DNA of 64,000 nt. Source: a virus. Lineage: Duplodnaviria; Heunggongvirae; Uroviricota; Caudoviricetes. The notes below the pieces were generated by a model. The model had not been told where the DNA came from and made no database searches. It saw only the letters and a list, made by a program, of their open reading frames with translations. Numbering within the stretch: the first letter of the stretch is position 1; the number at the start of each line of letters is the position of its first letter. Below are positions 27,556-38,031 of the stretch, in pieces. The stretch lies in the IMG/VR virus record IMGVR_UViG_2913147268_000005; one strand, given 5' to 3'. A program made the translations under genes and the position numbers.

Positions 27556-30500
27556 TTTGGGGATTGATGCGGCAGAGTTTAAAAATGAAATTCCCCGTAT
27601 CAAAAACCTTCTGAATGGTGCAGCCAGCGATGCAGAACGGTCTTCTGCCCGTATGCAGCGTTTTATGGAGCGTCAGACTCAGGCCGCCCGGCAGACAATG
27701 CAGGCGGCTTCTTCGGCTGCAACAGCCGCATCCGTCCATGCGCAGACGGTGGAGAAGAGCGCACAGGCTCATGAACGCATGGCCCGCGAGGTGGAGCAAA
27801 CCCGCCAGCGTATGGAGGCACTGAGCCAGAAAATGCGCGAGGAACAGGCGCAGGCCATGGCTCTGGCGGAGGCTCAGGATAAAGCGGCTGCCGCGTTTTA
27901 TCGTCAGATTGACAGTGTGAAACAGGCCAGTGCGGGACTGCAGGAATTACAGCGTATTCAGCAGCAGATCCGACAGGCCAGAAACAGTGGCGGGATTGGT
28001 CAGCAGGATTATCTGGCGCTGATTTCTGAGGTTACGGCGAAAACCGGTGTTCTTACGCAGGCTGAGGCAGAGGCTACCCGACAGAAAGTGGCGTTTATCC
28101 GTCAGCTTAAAGAGCAGGCAACCCGCCAGAATCTTTCTTCTTCTGAGTTGCTTCGTGCTAAGGCTGCCCAGCTGGGGGTAAGCAGTGCTGCAGAAGTGTA
28201 TATCCGCAAAATGGAGCAGGCAGGAAAAGCCACGCATTCGCTGGGTCTGAAAAGTGCAGCGGCCCGCCAGGAGATAGGCGTTCTGATAGGTGAACTGGCT
28301 CGCGGCAATTTAGGTGCGCTGAGGGGATCCGGGATAACGCTGGCTAACCGTGCCGGATGGATAGACACACTGATGTCACCGAAAGGCATGATGCTGAGCG
28401 GGGTTATTGGCGGTATTGCCGCGGCCGTCTATGGTCTGGGTAAAGCCTGGTATGATGGTCAGAAGGAGGGGGAAGAATTTAACCGCCAGTTGTCGCTGAC
28501 GGGGCATTATGCCGGAGTCACTGCCGGGCAGCTGTGGACGCTCAGTCGTGCTATTTCCGGGAATGGTATTACGCAACATGCTGCAGCCGGTGCGCTGGCT
28601 CAGGTGGTGGGGAGTGGTGCATTTCGTGGAAACGATATCGGTATGGTGGCGAGAGCTGCCGCACAGATGGAGCGATCGGTTGGCCAGTCGGTCAGCGATA
28701 CCATAAATCAGTTTAAGCGGCTGAAGGATGATCCTGTAAATGCCGCGAAGGCTCTGGACAATGAGCTGCATTTTCTTACTGCCACTCAGCTTGAGCAGAT
28801 ACGCGTCCTTGGGGAACAGGGGCGGTCCAGTGATGCGGCACGGATAGCCATGTCTGCACTGGCAGAGGAAACCGGTCGGCGTACTGCGGATATTGATAAT
28901 AACCTCAATGCGCTGGGCAGTACGCTGAAGTATCTGTCTGATTTATGGAGTCGTTTCTGGGATGCGGCCATGAATATTGGTCGTGAAGACTCGCTGGATG
29001 AACAGATTTCCGCTTTACAGGAGAAAGTGTCGCGGGCGAAAAGACTCCCCTGGACGGCATCATCTTCTCAGGTTGAGTACGATCAGCAGCGTCTTAACGA
29101 GCTTCAGGAGAAAAAACGCCAGAAGGATTTGCAGGATGCAAAAGAGCAGGCAGAGCGGAATTATCAGGAGCAACAGAAACGCCGTAATGCTGAAAATGCT
29201 GCACTGAACCGGATGAATGAAACGGAAGCAGCACGACATCAGCGTGAAATTGCGCGTATTAATGCCATGCAGTACGCCGATCAGGCTGTCAGGGATGCGG
29301 CGATACAACGTGAAAATGAACGTTACGAGAAAGCCCTGGCATCCGGTAAGAAAAAAACACGCGACCCCCGTAATGATGAGGCCACCCGGTTATTGCTGCA
29401 GTACAGTCAGCAACAGGCACAGGTGGAAGGACAGATTGCTGCTGCCAGACAGTCAGCAGGCATTGCCACGGAAAGGATGACAGAAGCGCATAAACAGCTT
29501 CTGGCTCTGCAGCAGCGCATCAGCGACCTGGACGGGAAAAAACTGACGGCAGATGAAAAGAGTGTGCTGGCCCGTAAAGATGAACTGATTCAGGCACTGA
29601 CGCTGCTGGATGTAAAACAGCAGGAGCTTCAGAAACAGACGGCACTCAACGAGCTGAAGAAAAAAACAATTCAGCTGACCAGTCAACTGGCTGAAGAAGA
29701 GCGCGCTCAGCGTCAGCAACATGACCTGGATATCGCCACGGTGGGTATGGGTGATCAGCAGCGGCAGCGATATCAGGTACAACTGAGTCTTCGCCAGAAA
29801 TACCAGCAACAGCTGGAGCAGTTGAGGCGGGATAGTGAGCAGAAAGGAACATATAACACGGATGACTACAGAAAGGCCGAGCAGGCGCTGACGGAGAGCC
29901 TGAACCGACAACTGAATGAGAATCGCCGTTACTGGCAACAGCTTGAAGTTGTGCAGGGTAACTGGAAAAACGGAGTCCTGCGTGCATTTCAGGATTTTAC
30001 CGTGGATGCAGATAATACGGCAGGAACAGCAGAACAGGTGTTCTCGTCAGCCTTCAGCAACATGGGAAATGGCCTGGCAACTTTTGTCACTACCGGCAAA
30101 CTCAATTTCAAATCCTTCACCTCTTCTGTGCTGTCAGATATGGCGAAAATCCTGGCGCAGGCAACCATGATGAAATCGATAAAAGGGATTGGCAGTGTAC
30201 TGGGATTTGATCTCAGCAGCCTTTCCCTGAATGCCAATGGGGGGATTTATCAGTCTGCTGATTTGAGTCGTTACAGTGGCACGGTGGTTAACCGTCCGAC
30301 GTTTTTTGCTTTTGCAAAAGGCGCGGGTGTGATGGGGGAAGCGGGACCTGAAGCCATTCTGCCACTGCGTCGTGGTGCTGACGGTAAGCTGGGGGTTGTG
30401 GCGGATATTGGTGGTTCAGGTATGGCGATGTTTGCCCCGCAGTACAACATCGAGATCAATAACGATGGCACGAACGGGCAGATAGGTCCGGCTGCCCTGA

Positions 30501-30592
30501 AGGTGGTTTATGACCTCGGGAAAAAAGCGGCAGCGGACTTTATGCAACAGCAGGCCCGTGATGGTGGTCGGTTAAGTGGAGCATATCGGTAA
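27527..30592 (+). CDS. H: Tail tape measure protein
   Basis: 1021 aa from the ATG behind a GGAGGTG RBS; Ala/Gln/Glu-rich coiled-coil body. Confidence 0.9.
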   Translation: MDQIANLVIDLGIDAAEFKNEIPRIKNLLNGAASDAERSSARMQRFMERQTQAARQTMQAASSAATAASVHAQTVEKSAQAHERMAREVEQTRQRMEALSQKMREEQAQAMALAEAQDKAAAAFYRQIDSVKQASAGLQELQRIQQQIRQARNSGGIGQQDYLALISEVTAKTGVLTQAEAEATRQKVAFIRQLKEQATRQNLSSSELLRAKAAQLGVSSAAEVYIRKMEQAGKATHSLGLKSAAARQEIGVLIGELARGNLGALRGSGITLANRAGWIDTLMSPKGMMLSGVIGGIAAAVYGLGKAWYDGQKEGEEFNRQLSLTGHYAGVTAGQLWTLSRAISGNGITQHAAAGALAQVVGSGAFRGNDIGMVARAAAQMERSVGQSVSDTINQFKRLKDDPVNAAKALDNELHFLTATQLEQIRVLGEQGRSSDAARIAMSALAEETGRRTADIDNNLNALGSTLKYLSDLWSRFWDAAMNIGREDSLDEQISALQEKVSRAKRLPWTASSSQVEYDQQRLNELQEKKRQKDLQDAKEQAERNYQEQQKRRNAENAALNRMNETEAARHQREIARINAMQYADQAVRDAAIQRENERYEKALASGKKKTRDPRNDEATRLLLQYSQQQAQVEGQIAAARQSAGIATERMTEAHKQLLALQQRISDLDGKKLTADEKSVLARKDELIQALTLLDVKQQELQKQTALNELKKKTIQLTSQLAEEERAQRQQHDLDIATVGMGDQQRQRYQVQLSLRQKYQQQLEQLRRDSEQKGTYNTDDYRKAEQALTESLNRQLNENRRYWQQLEVVQGNWKNGVLRAFQDFTVDADNTAGTAEQVFSSAFSNMGNGLATFVTTGKLNFKSFTSSVLSDMAKILAQATMMKSIKGIGSVLGFDLSSLSLNANGGIYQSADLSRYSGTVVNRPTFFAFAKGAGVMGEAGPEAILPLRRGADGKLGVVADIGGSGMAMFAPQYNIEINNDGTNGQIGPAALKVVYDLGKKAAADFMQQQARDGGRLSGAYR

Positions 30593-30921
30593 TGGAGACG
30601 TTTCACTGGAAAGTGCGCCCGGATATGAATGTGGTATCAGAGCCGAAAGTGGTGACAGTGAAGCTGGGCGATGGTTATGAACAGCGTCGTGCGGCGGGAC
30701 TGAATAACCAGTTGTCGATTTACAGCGTGACGATACGTGTTCGTAAATGTGAACACCCATCTTTAAAAGCCTTTCTGGAACGGCACGGTGGCGTCCGCGC
30801 ATTTCAGTGGACGCCACCTTATGACTGGAAGCCGATCAGGGTGGTTTGTCGTAAATGGTCGGCAAGCGTGGGGGCGCTGTGGATAACCATAACGGCAGAT
30901 TTTGAACAGGTCGTGGCATAG
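30592..30921 (+). CDS. M: Minor tail protein M
   Basis: 109 aa at the lambda M position and size. Confidence 0.9.
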   Translation: METFHWKVRPDMNVVSEPKVVTVKLGDGYEQRRAAGLNNQLSIYSVTIRVRKCEHPSLKAFLERHGGVRAFQWTPPYDWKPIRVVCRKWSASVGALWITITADFEQVVA

Positions 30922-30930
30922 GAGGCTCTG

Positions 30931-31629
30931 ATGCAGGATATTCCACAGGAAACACATCATGAGACGACACGCCTCACTCAGTCAGCCCAGGTGGTGCTCT
31001 GGGAAATCGATCTGACAGAGGTCGGTGGTGAACGTTATTTTTTCTGTAATGAGCAGAACGAAAAAGGTGAGCCGGTTACCTGGCAGGGGCGGCAGTATCA
31101 GGCATACCCCATTCAGGGGACGGGATTTGAACTGAATGGCAAGGGCAGTGCTGCCCGTCCGACACTGACGGTTTCTAACCTGCACGGCATGGTCACCGGG
31201 ATGGCGGAAGACCTGCAGAGTCTGGTCGGCGGAACGGTGGTCCGGCGTAAGGTTTACGCCCGTTTTCTGGATGCGGTGAACTTCGTCAACGGAAACAGTG
31301 ACGCCGATCCGGAGCAGGAGGTGATCAGCCGCTGGCGCATCGAGCAGTGCAGCGAACTGAGCGCGGTGAGTGCCTCTTTTGTACTGTCCACGCCGACGGA
31401 AACGGATGGCGCTGTTTTTCCGGGACGTATCATGCTGGCCAACACCTGCACCTGGACCTATCGCGGTGATGAGTGCGGTTATCACGGTCCGGCAGTCGCG
31501 GATGAATATGACCAGCCGACGTCCGATATCACGAAGGATAAATGCAGCAAATGCCTGAGCGGCTGTAAGTTTCGCAATAACGTCGGCAACTTTGGCGGCT
31601 TCCTTTCCATTAACAAACTTTCGCAGTAA
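30931..31629 (+). CDS. L: Minor tail protein L
   Basis: 232 aa with C-terminal Cys cluster (CSKCLSGCKF) as in lambda L. Confidence 0.9.
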   Translation: MQDIPQETHHETTRLTQSAQVVLWEIDLTEVGGERYFFCNEQNEKGEPVTWQGRQYQAYPIQGTGFELNGKGSAARPTLTVSNLHGMVTGMAEDLQSLVGGTVVRRKVYARFLDAVNFVNGNSDADPEQEVISRWRIEQCSELSAVSASFVLSTPTETDGAVFPGRIMLANTCTWTYRGDECGYHGPAVADEYDQPTSDITKDKCSKCLSGCKFRNNVGNFGGFLSINKLSQ

Positions 31630-31633
31630 TCCC

Positions 31634-32377
31634 ATGACAGAGACAGAATCAGCGATTCTGGCGCACGCCCGGCGATGTGCGCCAGCGGAGTCGTGCGGCT
31701 TCGTGGTGAGAACGCCGGAGGGGGAAAGATATTTTCCCTGCGTGAATATCTCCGGTGAGCCGGAGGATTATTTCCGGATGTCGCCGGAGGACTGGCTGAG
31801 TGCAGAAATGCAGGGAGAGATTGTGGCGCTGGTCCACAGCCACCCCGGTGGTCTGCCCTGGCTGAGTGAGGCCGACCGGCGGCTGCAGGTGCAGAGTGAT
31901 TTGCCGTGGTGGCTGGTCTGCCGGGGGGCGATTCATAAATTCCGCTGTGTGCCGCATCTCACCGGGCGGCGCTTTGAGCACGGGGTGACGGACTGTTACA
32001 CGCTGTTCCGGGACGCTTACCATCTGGCGGGAATTGAGATGCCGGATTTGCATCGCGGGGATGACTGGTGGCGTCACGGCCAGAATCTCTATCTTGACAA
32101 TATGGAGGCAACGGGTTTTTACCGTGTCCCACTGACAGAGGCGCAGCCTGGCGACGTGCTGCTGTGCTGTTTTGGTTCATCGGTGCCGAATCATGCCGCC
32201 ATTTACTGTGGCGACGGCGAGCTGCTGCACCATATTCCTGAACAACTGAGTAAACGAGAGAGGTACACCGACAAATGGCAGCGACGCACACACTCCCTCT
32301 GGCGTCACCGGGCATGGCACGCATCTGCCTTTACGGGGATTTGCAACGATTTGGTCGCCGTATCGACCTTCGTGTGA
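31634..32377 (+). CDS. K: Tail assembly protein K (JAB/MPN plus NlpC/P60 domains)
   Basis: HSHPGG metalloprotease motif and cysteine-peptidase region (TDCYTLFRDAYHLAG). Confidence 0.85.
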   Translation: MTETESAILAHARRCAPAESCGFVVRTPEGERYFPCVNISGEPEDYFRMSPEDWLSAEMQGEIVALVHSHPGGLPWLSEADRRLQVQSDLPWWLVCRGAIHKFRCVPHLTGRRFEHGVTDCYTLFRDAYHLAGIEMPDLHRGDDWWRHGQNLYLDNMEATGFYRVPLTEAQPGDVLLCCFGSSVPNHAAIYCGDGELLHHIPEQLSKRERYTDKWQRRTHSLWRHRAWHASAFTGICNDLVAVSTFV

Positions 32378-32922
32378 AAACGGGGGCTGAAGCCATCCGG
32401 GCACTGGCCACACAGCTCCCGGCGTTTCGTCAGAAACTGAGCGACGGCTGGTATCAGGTACGGATTGCCGGGCGTGATGCAGGCGAAAATGAATTATCTG
32501 CCCGTCTTAATGAGCCGCTGGCAAATGGTGCCGTGATCCACATCGTGCCGCGTCTGGCGGGAGCTAAAAGTGGCGGTGTGTTTCAGGTGGTGCTTGGGGC
32601 GGCGCTGATTGCGGTGGCATGGTGGAACCCTGTGGGCTGGCTGGGGGCCGCGGCTGTATCGGGCATGTATGCGGCAGGGGCCAGTATGATCCTGGGCGGA
32701 GTGGCGCAGATGCTGGCACCGAAAGCCAGGACGCCCACGGCAGCCAGTACAGATAACGGCAAACAGAACACCTATTTCTCCTCACTGGATAACATGGTTG
32801 CCCAGGGCAATGTTCTGCCTGTTCTGTACGGTGAAATGCGCGTGGGGTCTCGCGTGGTTTCTCAGGAGATCAGCACGGCAGACGAAGGGGACGGTGGTCA
32901 GGTTGTGGTGATTGGTCGCTGA
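32275..32922 (+). CDS. I: Tail assembly protein I
   Basis: Begins MAATHTLPLASPGMARICLYGDLQRFGRR as lambda I does; overlaps K as in lambda. Confidence 0.85.
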   Translation: MAATHTLPLASPGMARICLYGDLQRFGRRIDLRVKTGAEAIRALATQLPAFRQKLSDGWYQVRIAGRDAGENELSARLNEPLANGAVIHIVPRLAGAKSGGVFQVVLGAALIAVAWWNPVGWLGAAAVSGMYAAGASMILGGVAQMLAPKARTPTAASTDNGKQNTYFSSLDNMVAQGNVLPVLYGEMRVGSRVVSQEISTADEGDGGQVVVIGR

Positions 32923-32982
32923 TGCAAAATGTTTTATGTGAAACCGCCTGCGGGCGGTTTTGTCATTTATGGAGCGTGAGGA

Positions 32983-33750
32983 ATGGGTAAAGGCAGCAGT
33001 AAGGGGCATACCCCGCGCGAAGCGAAGGACAACCTGAAGTCCACGCAGCTGCTGAGTGTGATCGATGCCATCAGCGAAGGGCCGGTTGAAGGTCCGGTGG
33101 ATGGATTAAAAAGCGTGCTGCTGAACAGTACGCCGGTGCTGGACACTGAGGGGAATACCAACATCTCCGGTGTCACGGTGGTGTTCCGGGCAGGTGAGCA
33201 GGAGCAGACACCGCCGGAGGGGTTTGAATCCTCCGGCTCCGAGACGGTGCTGGGTACGGAAGTGAAATATGACACGCCGATCACCCGCACCATTACGTCT
33301 GCAAACATCGACCGTCTGCGCTTTACCTTCGGCGTGCAGGCACTGGTGGAAACCACCTCAAAGGGGGACCGGAATCCGTCGGAAGTCCGCCTGCTGGTTC
33401 AGATCCAGCGTAATGGTGGCTGGGTGACGGAAAAAGACATCACCATTAAGGGCAAAACCACCTCGCAGTATCTGGCCTCGGTGGTGGTGGGTAACCTGCC
33501 GCCGCGCCCGTTCAATATACGGATGCGCAGGATGACGCGGGACAGCACCACAGACCAGCTGCAGAACAAAACGCTCTGGTCGTCATACACCGAAATCATC
33601 GATGTGAAACAGTGCTACCCGAACACGGCACTGGTCGGCGTGCAGGTGGATTCGGAGCAGTTCGGCAGCCAGCAGGTGAGCCGTAATTATCATCTGCGCG
33701 GGCGCATTCTGCAGGTGCCGTCGAACTATAACCCGCAGACGCGGCAATAC
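32983..33750 (+). pseudogene. J: Host-specificity tail protein J, N-terminal ~256 codons only
   Basis: Begins MGKGSSKGHTPREAKDNLKSTQLLSVIDAISEGP as lambda J (about 1130 aa); similarity stops after ...SNYNPQTRQY. Confidence 0.85.
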
Positions 33751-34417
33751 AGGCATTCTGTTCGCGGAACATTATCAGGGGCCGTATCGTCCGAAAGATG
33801 CCGGGTATGCGGCGAAGGGCAGTGCACTGAAACAGCATGTGATGGCCCCGCTGATTTCTTACTTTCGTGATGCGCGCGCGGCCCTGGGGATAACGGCAAA
33901 ACAGATTGCAGATGCCACAGGAAAGAAAAACATGGTGTCGCACTGGTTCAGTGCCAGTCAGTGGCAGCTACCGAACGAAAGCGATTATCTGAAATTACAG
34001 TCGCTGTTTGCCCGGGTGGCAGAAGAGAAACATCAGCGCGGTGAACTGGAAAAGCCCCACCACCAGCTGGTGGATACGTATACGTCACTGAACCGGCAGT
34101 ATGTGGAGCTGCAGAGTGAATATAAGCATCTGCGGCGGTATTTTGGTGTGACGGCGCAGGTGCCGTACACGGATGTGTGGACACATAAACCGGTGCAGTT
34201 CTATCCCGGGAAACATCCGTGCGAAAAACCGGCAGAAATGCTGCAGCAGATAATCAGCGCAAGCAGTCGTCCGGGTGACCTGGTTGCAGATTTTTTTATG
34301 GGCTCAGGTTCAACGGTAAAAGCGGCACTGGCGCTCGGGCGTCGTGCGATTGGCGTTGAGCTGGAGACCGGACGTTTTGAGCAGACAGTCAGGGAAGTTC
34401 AGGGTTTAATCGTTTGA
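33751..34417 (+). pseudogene. DNA methyltransferase C-terminal fragment (paralog of the 14952-16004 gene)
   Basis: Roughly 80% protein identity to the C-terminal 220 aa of the upstream methyltransferase; out of frame with the J fragment; internal ATG at 33839. Confidence 0.8.
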
Positions 34418-34466
34418 AACGGATGAGATTGCAGAATTAATTACGCACCATTATTATTCTGCTCCC

Positions 34467-34542
34467 GGCCCTTTAGCTCAGTGGTGAGAGCGAGCGACTC
34501 ATAATCGCCAGGTCGCTGGTTCAAATCCAGCAAGGGCCACCA
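34467..34542 (+). tRNA. tRNA with CAU anticodon (ileZ-like tRNA-Ile2 or tRNA-Met)
   Basis: Cloverleaf with acceptor GGCCCTT/AAGGGCC, GTTCAAATCC T-loop, CTCATAA anticodon loop, 3' ACCA. Confidence 0.8.
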
Positions 34543-34642
34543 TCACAAACCGCCATTAGCTTATCAGGAAGAGCAGACGACACGATAACAGGGTTGTTGG
34601 TGCGGGGGCGGGTCCCCGATGGCGGTCCATTATCGGTATTCA

Positions 34643-34719
34643 GCGTTGTTAGCTCAGCCGGACAGAGCAATTGCCTTCTAAGCAATCGGTCACTGGTTCG
34701 AATCCAGTACAGCGCGCCA
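34643..34719 (+). tRNA. tRNA-Arg (UCU anticodon)
   Basis: Cloverleaf with TAGCTCAGCCGGACAGAGC D-arm, CCTTCTAAG anticodon loop, GGTTCGAATCC T-loop, 3' GCCA. Confidence 0.8.
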
Positions 34720-34826
34720 TATTCATTCTTCCAGATTCCTTCCGGCAGAGCCTTATACTGAAATATACCTGGCTCAGGATATTGTTGAAAATATTATATG
34801 TTTGTCAAAAATAAAAGTTCTGTTAA

Positions 34827-35183
34827 GTGTTGATTGAGTGTTTGTTATACGGTCTAATGGTTTTTTCAGCATTAAATATTTATCATTCATATGGTGTGGG
34901 TAGAGTGAATATTGATGAGGCGTCGGGGTGTTTCATCCTTAGGCAGCGTATTGATATAGTCAATGCAGCACGAGCAAAGGCCTTCAGCCGTTTGACAGTT
35001 TTGTTCTGTACTCCTGATCGTCTTTCGGGAAGAGACGTTATTATTCTGAATAGTGATGCTATACAGAGGGTTTGCGATGAGTTCATGGTGGCTAATTCAG
35101 AATTATTTACTCTTGTTCAGGAGTACAACAGAATAGCCAGGACCTGTGGTATGGATGAACTTCGGATTACTCATCTGGGGTAG
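34827..35183 (+). CDS. Hypothetical protein (108-118 aa), AT-rich
   Basis: GTG or internal ATG start; no recognisable motif; occupies the slot after the tRNAs. Confidence 0.4.
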   Translation: MLIECLLYGLMVFSALNIYHSYGVGRVNIDEASGCFILRQRIDIVNAARAKAFSRLTVLFCTPDRLSGRDVIILNSDAIQRVCDEFMVANSELFTLVQEYNRIARTCGMDELRITHLG

Positions 35184-35569
35184 ATACATATCTGGATTAT
35201 CACCGGTTACGGTAAAAAGTGATTGCTTACTGTTTTTGTGAATGGCATTGCTGCAGCCGGATAATGTCAGTGCTGGCTGACGGTGTGCTGGTGGCGGGTG
35301 TGGTGGTTGTTGCTTTCCCGTTGCTGAAAAAGAAAACGCCAGACTGTTAGCCGGGTATCAGTTAGCGGGAGAAATTTTTAAATACTTCACAATTCAGGCG
35401 GTTGATTGTTGTCTGGTTTGCGGGGAGTTTGTTAAAAGAAACTGGCATGGTGAATCCCCCTGTGCGGAGGGGCAATCAGCGAGTAGGTATATGGGATAAT
35501 CGCGGATTCAGGTGCTGGTACTGAATTCACCGGGAGGCACCCGGCACCATGCAATGGCACATAGCGCCA

Positions 35570-35600
35570 CTCTCCAGCCCCTCTCCGGAGGGGCTGTTTA
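35570..35600 (+). terminator. Hairpin (9-bp stem CAGCCCCTC/GAGGGGCTG) followed by a T-rich tract
   Basis: Perfect 9-bp stem with 4-nt loop; sits between the convergent 34827 and 35631 ORFs. Confidence 0.5.
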
Positions 35601-35630
35601 TATTGATTTTGTCAGATGTGAGTAAACTCC

Positions 35631-35966
35631 TTATGGACTTTGTTGTTTTAGTCCATAAGGACATATTTGCAGAGTGCAACGGTTATTAAAGCATTCATTC
35701 AATACGTTATCTGTATTTGTAGGGCATTCCTGGCTGTTTTTGATTAAATTCCAGAATGTTTTATTGAATGGTACTACGTTGTAAATGGTTACAGGTAGCA
35801 CTTTGTTATTGAGCATGATGCCTGTGTGAGTCAGTGTAAATATACTTTCAGGAGGTAAGAAAGCATCCGATTGATACCAGATTATTAATTTTATTTTACT
35901 CCATATGACTGAAAAAGATATTCCGCATGATGGCTGGATAACTGTATCAATCACAATCCACTTCAT
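35631..35966 (-). CDS. Hypothetical Cys-containing protein (111 aa), AT-rich
   Basis: ORF on the minus strand in an AT-rich island; no motif assigned. Confidence 0.4.
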   Translation of the reverse strand: MKWIVIDTVIQPSCGISFSVIWSKIKLIIWYQSDAFLPPESIFTLTHTGIMLNNKVLPVTIYNVVPFNKTFWNLIKNSQECPTNTDNVLNECFNNRCTLQICPYGLKQQSP

Positions 35967-36211
35967 TTAGTTTCCTTGTTTATGCCTTGCTGGTGATGTT
36001 CTGAAAAGTATAAATGATATTTTTGATTGTAAACCATAGAGCAGAATTATTTTTCTGATGTTGTTTATTGTTTATTTAAATGCAGGGTGGTTTATATCTC
36101 GTCTTGTAGTTTATCCATGCATATCTGCTTGATGATGAGGTTTTTATTTAAGGTATGGTTTTGTGTTTTTTCTGTATTACATGTCAGGTATTTTAAAGAA
36201 TCATTTTTCAG

Positions 36212-36705
36212 ATGGTGGAAAGAACCATGGCATTTAAACACTATGATGTTGTCAGGGCGGCGTCGCCGTCAGATCTTGCGGAAAAGCTGACACATAAACT
36301 GAAAGAGGGCTGGCAGCCGTTTGGTAGTCCGGTGGCCATAACCCCTTATACCCTGATGCAGGCGATTGCAGCAGAAGGTGATGTGGTCGTCAGTGGTGCA
36401 ACTGAGCCGGAGTGGTACTACGTCATCGTACTGGCCGGGCAATCCAATGCCATGGCTTACGGTGAAGGGCTTCCGCTTCCGGATTCATACGATGCGCCCC
36501 ATCCGCGCATTAAGCAACTGGCCCGTCGTAACACAGTGACTCCCGGTGGTGAAGTATGCGTATTTAACGACATCATTCCTGCTGACCATTGTCTGCATGA
36601 TGTTCAGGATATGAGTACGATTAACCATCCCCGGGCTGACCTGAGCAAAGGGCAGTACGGCTGTGTCGGACAGGGCTTACATATTGCCAAAAAACTGCTT
36701 CCGTG
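36212..36705 (+). pseudogene. NanS-p-like esterase, N-terminal fragment
   Basis: Matches the 54243 esterase through ...GQGLHIAKKLLP (including the GQSNA motif), then diverges into the antisense of another ORF. Confidence 0.6.
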
Positions 36706-37339
36706 CATTTTTGGTAATATCCGTCAGCGTCAGCGCATTCAGCCCCAGTGTCAGACTGTCTTTTATGACCTGGAATGCCGGGCCAGCCACTCCATTCAGT
36801 TTCGGAGTAACCGTGGCACTGCCGGCGGTGAACACCAGCTCCAGCGTCTGCCAGTCGTTACTGTAATTCCCGAACTCGCCCAACTTTGTGTTTCCTGCTT
36901 TCTTGTGATGCATCAGATTCAGTTTGCCGTCTGTGGTCTGGGTGAAGAACGACATCAGGAACGGGTTACCAGTCCCGGTCATCGCCACGACGTCAGGTAA
37001 CGCTACATCGGTATACAGATAAATTCCCAGACCGAACTGATTGTTGGTCAGTGCGCCTGACAGTCGAAACTTACAGCTCAGTCTGCCACCCCGTGTCAGC
37101 AGGGAGACTGCGTCATCCACCGGGCGCGTCAGGGACCAGGCTTTATTGCTCTGCTTGGTGATCTTAAATACACCATCTGACAACTGAATTCCGCCATTCT
37201 TAATGCTCCAGCCCTGCGCAGCAGCATCTCCGGCTGTCGGCAACAGGGAGATTGTGCGTACGGATGCATCTTCAGACGGCCCCGATGGCGTGTCGCCGCC
37301 GGGCGAGGGTTTGATTTCCGGTGCCTTACCACTAGTCAT
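36677..37339 (-). pseudogene. Inverted gene fragment (220-aa ORF) starting with the 56-bp repeat and ending in the antisense of the esterase fragment
   Basis: Begins MTSGKAPEIKPSPGGDTPSGP (the same peptide the 54243 ORF encodes at its junction); the last ~10 codons are antisense to 36677-36705. Confidence 0.45.
37278..37333 (-). repeat. 56-bp inverted repeat, left copy
   Basis: Reverse complement reads AGTGGTAAGGCACCGGAAATCAAACCCTCGCCCGGCGGCGACACGCCATCGGGGCC, identical to 55434-55489 by my reading. Confidence 0.8.
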
Positions 37340-37393
37340 CGGGCATTATCTGAACATAAAACACTATCAATAAGTTGGAGTCATTACCCAAAA

Positions 37394-37804
37394 ATGCACG
37401 CAAAAGAAGAAGGTATCATCAGAGCACTGAAAGAAATTTCAAAGACAGAAAACGAAGTAGCGAAAAAAGCCATAGCAAATAATCATATGGACGTCGCAAC
37501 CCACACACTGATAGTCGCAAGAGTCACGGCAGAAGCAGCCGAAATTATCGCAAAACAGGATGCTGAACTGGCGGTTCTCAGAACACAACCAGTCACCGGA
37601 CTGGATTTGTCTAACACCGGACGCCTTATTTACACAATTGGCTCGGAGCTACAGCGATACACCATTATCGCCGGGTTACAGGATAAATACCTGATCACTC
37701 CTCACCCCATAAGGGAATCAGAAATTCTGACAAATCTCCGCCTGATAGAGCGCTCTCAAGTCGCATTCATTGATGACGCACAGTGCACCGTATTTAACGC
37801 ATAG
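37394..37804 (+). CDS. Hypothetical protein (136 aa)
   Basis: ORF with ATG start at the left end of the P2-like module. Confidence 0.5.
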   Translation: MHAKEEGIIRALKEISKTENEVAKKAIANNHMDVATHTLIVARVTAEAAEIIAKQDAELAVLRTQPVTGLDLSNTGRLIYTIGSELQRYTIIAGLQDKYLITPHPIRESEILTNLRLIERSQVAFIDDAQCTVFNA

Positions 37805-37827
37805 AGTTACTGGACAAAGGGGGCGCA

Positions 37828-38031
37828 ATGGCAATTAAGCATTTTCCCGTCGTTCGCTTTACCTCCAGAGGGCGCGAATACGAGGTCGACGAACGCCTGA
37901 TTACCACTATCGACAAACATCGTTCGGAAAAGGATGCACACCACATCTACCTCACTGACGGCACTTACTTCTGCGCCACTAATGTGGCGCGGGTAAACCT
38001 TATCCGACAGGTACAGGAGCCACGCAGATGA
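37828..38031 (+). CDS. Hypothetical small protein (67 aa)
   Basis: ORF overlapping the next gene by 4 nt. Confidence 0.4.
   Translation: MAIKHFPVVRFTSRGREYEVDERLITTIDKHRSEKDAHHIYLTDGTYFCATNVARVNLIRQVQEPRR

Larger units (their letters stand above)
822..33750. mobile_element. Lambdoid prophage (integrase through truncated tail gene J)
   Basis: Contiguous lambda-like gene order: int/xis, early-left genes, cI/cro, replication, nin-like region, Q, lysis, terminase, head, tail. Confidence 0.8.

Noticed and set aside
28376-28771. Antisense ORFs inside both tape-measure genes (others at 29453-29938 and 58195-58902)
   Set aside because: Shadow frames of long GC-biased, coiled-coil-encoding genes; no starts with RBS
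34720-36211. Search for Shiga toxin genes downstream of the ileZ/argN-like tRNAs
   Set aside because: No ORF resembling StxA or StxB; only two unrelated AT-rich ORFs are present
36087-36290. 67-aa ORF upstream of the esterase fragment
   Set aside because: Hydrophobic low-complexity translation of an AT-rich leader; overlaps the esterase start
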